DNA of 17,968 nucleotides from Candidatus Methylomirabilia bacterium. Lineage in GTDB: Bacteria > Methylomirabilota > Methylomirabilia > Rokubacteriales > CSP1-6. The DNA is taken from positions 1-17,968 of the forward strand of contig JBGQEL010000088.1 of NCBI GenBank assembly GCA_041496385.1, in the 5' to 3' direction. The notes below the pieces were generated by a model, which searched no databases, had not been told where the DNA came from, and saw only the letters and a list, made by a program, of their open reading frames with translations. The translations under genes and the position numbers were made by a program. Below, piece after piece: positions 15,514 to 17,968 of this stretch; within the stretch, counting starts at the first letter, position 1, and each line of letters begins with the position of its first letter.

Positions 15514-16038
15514 CTACATCCCGCTCAGCGCATCCGGACCCAGCTCGGCCCTCACGAACCGATTCGCCTCCTCCGCGCCGAGGACATAGCCATAGTAGAG
15601 GAGCCACGGGCGGGTCGTCTCGATGAGTGCCCCGTCGACTGAAGCCGGGCGCTGAACGAGCCAGCTGTGCTCGCGCCAGAGCCCATCCTCAGCGAGCGCC
15701 CATCCCGTCGCGATGTCGCCGCGGCCCGCCACGCGCAGACGGGCGACGTTGATGTGGCAGTTGCTTCGTTCAATCGGCTCGAGCAGGGCGAGCCGCCCCG
15801 CCCACGCCCGGCCCGCGTCAAGAGTCCGCGCGATCTCGTACTCCTGACGGCGGCGCGCCGTCTCCGATGACGTGTCGAAGGGCGGGGCGACGACTTCGAG
15901 TCCGCCGAGCTCGAGAAGATGCCGTCGCATCTCGGCATACGAGGGCACGACCGCGGTGACGCCCTCGGCGCGTCGGCGCAAGAGCTCCATCCTCGACGGG
16001 GGCAAGGCCTCGAAGGCCGGCAGCTCGGCATCGCTCAC
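15514..16038 (-). CDS. Hypothetical protein with a transglutaminase/papain-like Cys...His-x-Trp...Glu pattern
   Basis: C-terminal part of ORF 15514..16305. GTG 16038 overlaps the upstream stop (GTGA); 174 aa. SNCHINV, ATGWALAEDGLWREHSWLV, LIETT, YYGYVL. Confidence 0.75.
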   Translation of the reverse strand: MSDAELPAFEALPPSRMELLRRRAEGVTAVVPSYAEMRRHLLELGGLEVVAPPFDTSSETARRRQEYEIARTLDAGRAWAGRLALLEPIERSNCHINVARLRVAGRGDIATGWALAEDGLWREHSWLVQRPASVDGALIETTRPWLLYYGYVLGAEEANRFVRAELGPDALSGM

Positions 16039-16928
16039 TTGGGTGCAGCTCCTGAGCGTCGCGCCGGGTCCTCCGGATGCAGGATCCGCGTCCATCGCAG
16101 GCCCAGCGTCGACACGTCCGCGGCGAGCACGTCGTCGCCGTCCGGCCTGGTCCCCCGCTCGAGCCACGCGACGAGGTCGTCGAACGCCTGCTCGCGCACC
16201 TCGCCGTCCATCGCGCAGTGGCCCGGCCAGCGCACCGCGCGTTGCACGAGCAGGTGGCTGGTCCCCGCGGCCAGCGTCCGCCGGTACGCCTGCTGGAGGC
16301 TCCACGGCACCCGGCCGTCACCGGTCTCGTGGATGGCGAGCGGGAGCCATTGCTCGTTCACCCGGCGGATGAGCGTCTCGCGCTCCGGCGCCTCGAACAG
16401 GTTGATGCCGCTGAGATACTCGGCGGCGGCGCGGGCGGCCAGGTAGAAGTCCGCGATCCCGACGCCATCGATGATGCCGCAATCGATGAGCGCGCCTTGA
16501 TACAGGCCGGGATGGAGCTCGAGTGAGGCGATCGCGACGTGCCCGCCCATGGAGCGTCCGTGAACGATCGTCCAGCGCGGGCGGCGCACCTCCCGGATGA
16601 ACAGCTCGAGGAGCGCCCGCATGTCGTCCACGAACCAGTCGACCCGATAGCCCGCGGCGCGATAACTCGAGGTTGCGAGCGCGTATCCACTGTCGAGCAG
16701 ATGCGAGGCCAGGGGAGAGGCCTGCGTGCCACCGAACCCGTGGGCGTAGAGGACGAGCCCACCGTTCCACCCGGCGGGCACCTCGATCTGGTACTGCCCG
16801 CCCTCATACGTGCCACGTCGGCTGATGGAGTCGCCCGCGCCGGCCGGCGTCTTCGAGGGCGCCGGACCCGCGGCGACCGCGAGACACACGAGAGCGACGA
16901 GCGCGAGAGGCCGGGCCGGCGGCCTCAT
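16035..16928 (-). CDS. Secreted alpha/beta-hydrolase-fold protein (possibly internally shortened)
   Basis: C-terminal part of ORF 16035..17903; ATG at 16928, 297 aa. Signal peptide, IEVPAGWNGGLVLYAHGF, nucleophile GRSMGG, HETGDGRVP (Asp), WPGHC (His). Confidence 0.85.
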   Translation of the reverse strand: MRPPARPLALVALVCLAVAAGPAPSKTPAGAGDSISRRGTYEGGQYQIEVPAGWNGGLVLYAHGFGGTQASPLASHLLDSGYALATSSYRAAGYRVDWFVDDMRALLELFIREVRRPRWTIVHGRSMGGHVAIASLELHPGLYQGALIDCGIIDGVGIADFYLAARAAAEYLSGINLFEAPERETLIRRVNEQWLPLAIHETGDGRVPWSLQQAYRRTLAAGTSHLLVQRAVRWPGHCAMDGEVREQAFDDLVAWLERGTRPDGDDVLAADVSTLGLRWTRILHPEDPARRSGAAPK

Positions 16929-16933
16929 TCCTC

Positions 16934-17968
16934 CTAGTCCGACCGACCGCGCGCGGCCACGTCCCAGACGGCCTCGACCTTCGGGCCGCGCACGGCGTAG
17001 ATCCGATCGTAGAGGTTGATCGTGGGGTCGCAGTGCGGCGGGAAGAACTCGATGCGCTCGCCGAGCCGCGGCGGGCGCGAGGGGTCGGTGATCGCGAGCC
17101 GCCCGTGCTCGTCGCCGGCGAAGCCGTACTCGACCCCCGGGCGCTCGACCGCCTCGGGCGGGAACGGCTTGTCGGTCGAGAACGCCTTGAGCCCTCCGTC
17201 CACCATTGCGCGGTCGCCGGGCGTGACGCTCACGACCGTCGCGACGACGGTGAGCGCCATCTCGAAGTCGGTCAGCATCGCGCCGCCGCGCCCGCCGATC
17301 CGCCGGTAGTCGAGGTCCATCACGCAGTAGGAGCCCGACTGGAGCTCGGTGAGGCCCGGCAGCTCGACGTCGATGTCGTGCGTCCCCGTCGAGCCGCCCG
17401 CGACGATCTCGACGGGCAGGCCCTCGCGCTCCAGGAGCGCGCGCGTCTCCATGAGCGGGCGCATCGCGGCGAGCGACGTCTCGCGGCGCTTCTCCCAGCC
17501 GATCACGTGGGCGCAGTGGCCCGCGTAGCCCTGGAGCCCCCGCAGGCGGAGCGCGCGCTCGGCGACGACCGCGCGCGCGAGCGCGAGCGCCGGCGCGCCG
17601 GGCGCGACGCCGGTCCGCCGGTTGCCGACCTCCACATCCACCAGCACGTTCACGATCACGCCGGCGGCGGCCGCCGCGCGCGCCAGCGTGCCGACGTTCT
17701 CGGCGTTGTCCACCACCAGCATCGTGTCGGGCGCCTCGCCGACGAGCGCCATGAGCCGGCGTAGCCCGCCGGGCGTCACGACCTCGGTCGTGATCAGCAA
17801 TCCGCGGATGCCGTCGCGCGCCATGACCTCGGCCTCGCCGAGCTTCGCGCACGCCACGCCGAGCGCGCCGGCGGCGATCTGGCGCCGCGCGATCTCGGGG
17901 CACTTGTGGGTCTTCGCGTGCGGGCGGATCTGCTTGCCCGCCTTCGTCACGTGCGCGGCCATGCGGGC
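16934..17968 (-). CDS. DSD1/D-threonine aldolase-like PLP-dependent enzyme (alanine racemase fold III), 5'-truncated by the window edge
   Basis: RPHAKTHKC (PLP Lys), ACAKLGEAE, RRTGV, GLQGYAGH, GGSTGT, ELQSGSY, DEHG, PPHCDPTINLYD. Frame is open to the window end. Confidence 0.93.
   Translation of the reverse strand, partial: ARMAAHVTKAGKQIRPHAKTHKCPEIARRQIAAGALGVACAKLGEAEVMARDGIRGLLITTEVVTPGGLRRLMALVGEAPDTMLVVDNAENVGTLARAAAAAGVIVNVLVDVEVGNRRTGVAPGAPALALARAVVAERALRLRGLQGYAGHCAHVIGWEKRRETSLAAMRPLMETRALLEREGLPVEIVAGGSTGTHDIDVELPGLTELQSGSYCVMDLDYRRIGGRGGAMLTDFEMALTVVATVVSVTPGDRAMVDGGLKAFSTDKPFPPEAVERPGVEYGFAGDEHGRLAITDPSRPPRLGERIEFFPPHCDPTINLYDRIYAVRGPKVEAVWDVAARGRSD

Noticed and set aside
12354..16928. 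Integron cassette array
   Set aside because: Intergenic gaps are at most 16 nt or overlapping, leaving no room for attC sites, and there is no intI. Kept only as a cassette-like observation.

Overview
Very GC-rich bacterial DNA, densely coding, with no rRNA, tRNA, CRISPR array, integrase or transposase. Gene content and style suggest Candidatus Rokubacteria/Methylomirabilota, but that is an impression only. From left to right: (1) acyl-CoA catabolic genes (5'-partial enoyl-CoA hydratase, acyl-CoA dehydrogenase, HMG-CoA lyase-family enzyme, O-methyltransferase) interrupted by an antisense dps; (2) a citrate/2-methylcitrate synthase divergent from a small stand-alone Xis/MerR-like HTH gene, with three TTGATT direct repeats at exactly 10-bp period lying over the synthase's TATAAT -10 box, which is the most interesting element here; (3) an LLM oxidoreductase with an apparent 3' frameshift; (4) a Dpp/Opp-type ABC cluster lacking ATPases, followed by an amidohydrolase; (5) a methyltransferase pseudogene missing from the ORF track, then dusB and a MaoC dehydratase; (6) a tightly coupled, partly lower-GC minus-strand array of small accessory genes (membrane proteins, SnoaL remnant, GNAT, GrpB, VOC, LysE, a putative Cys-His-Glu transglutaminase-like protein, an alpha/beta hydrolase) downstream of a 5'-partial D-threonine aldolase/DSD1-like PLP enzyme. 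Several genes carry apparent internal deletions. All family assignments come from motif recognition by eye, not from database searches.
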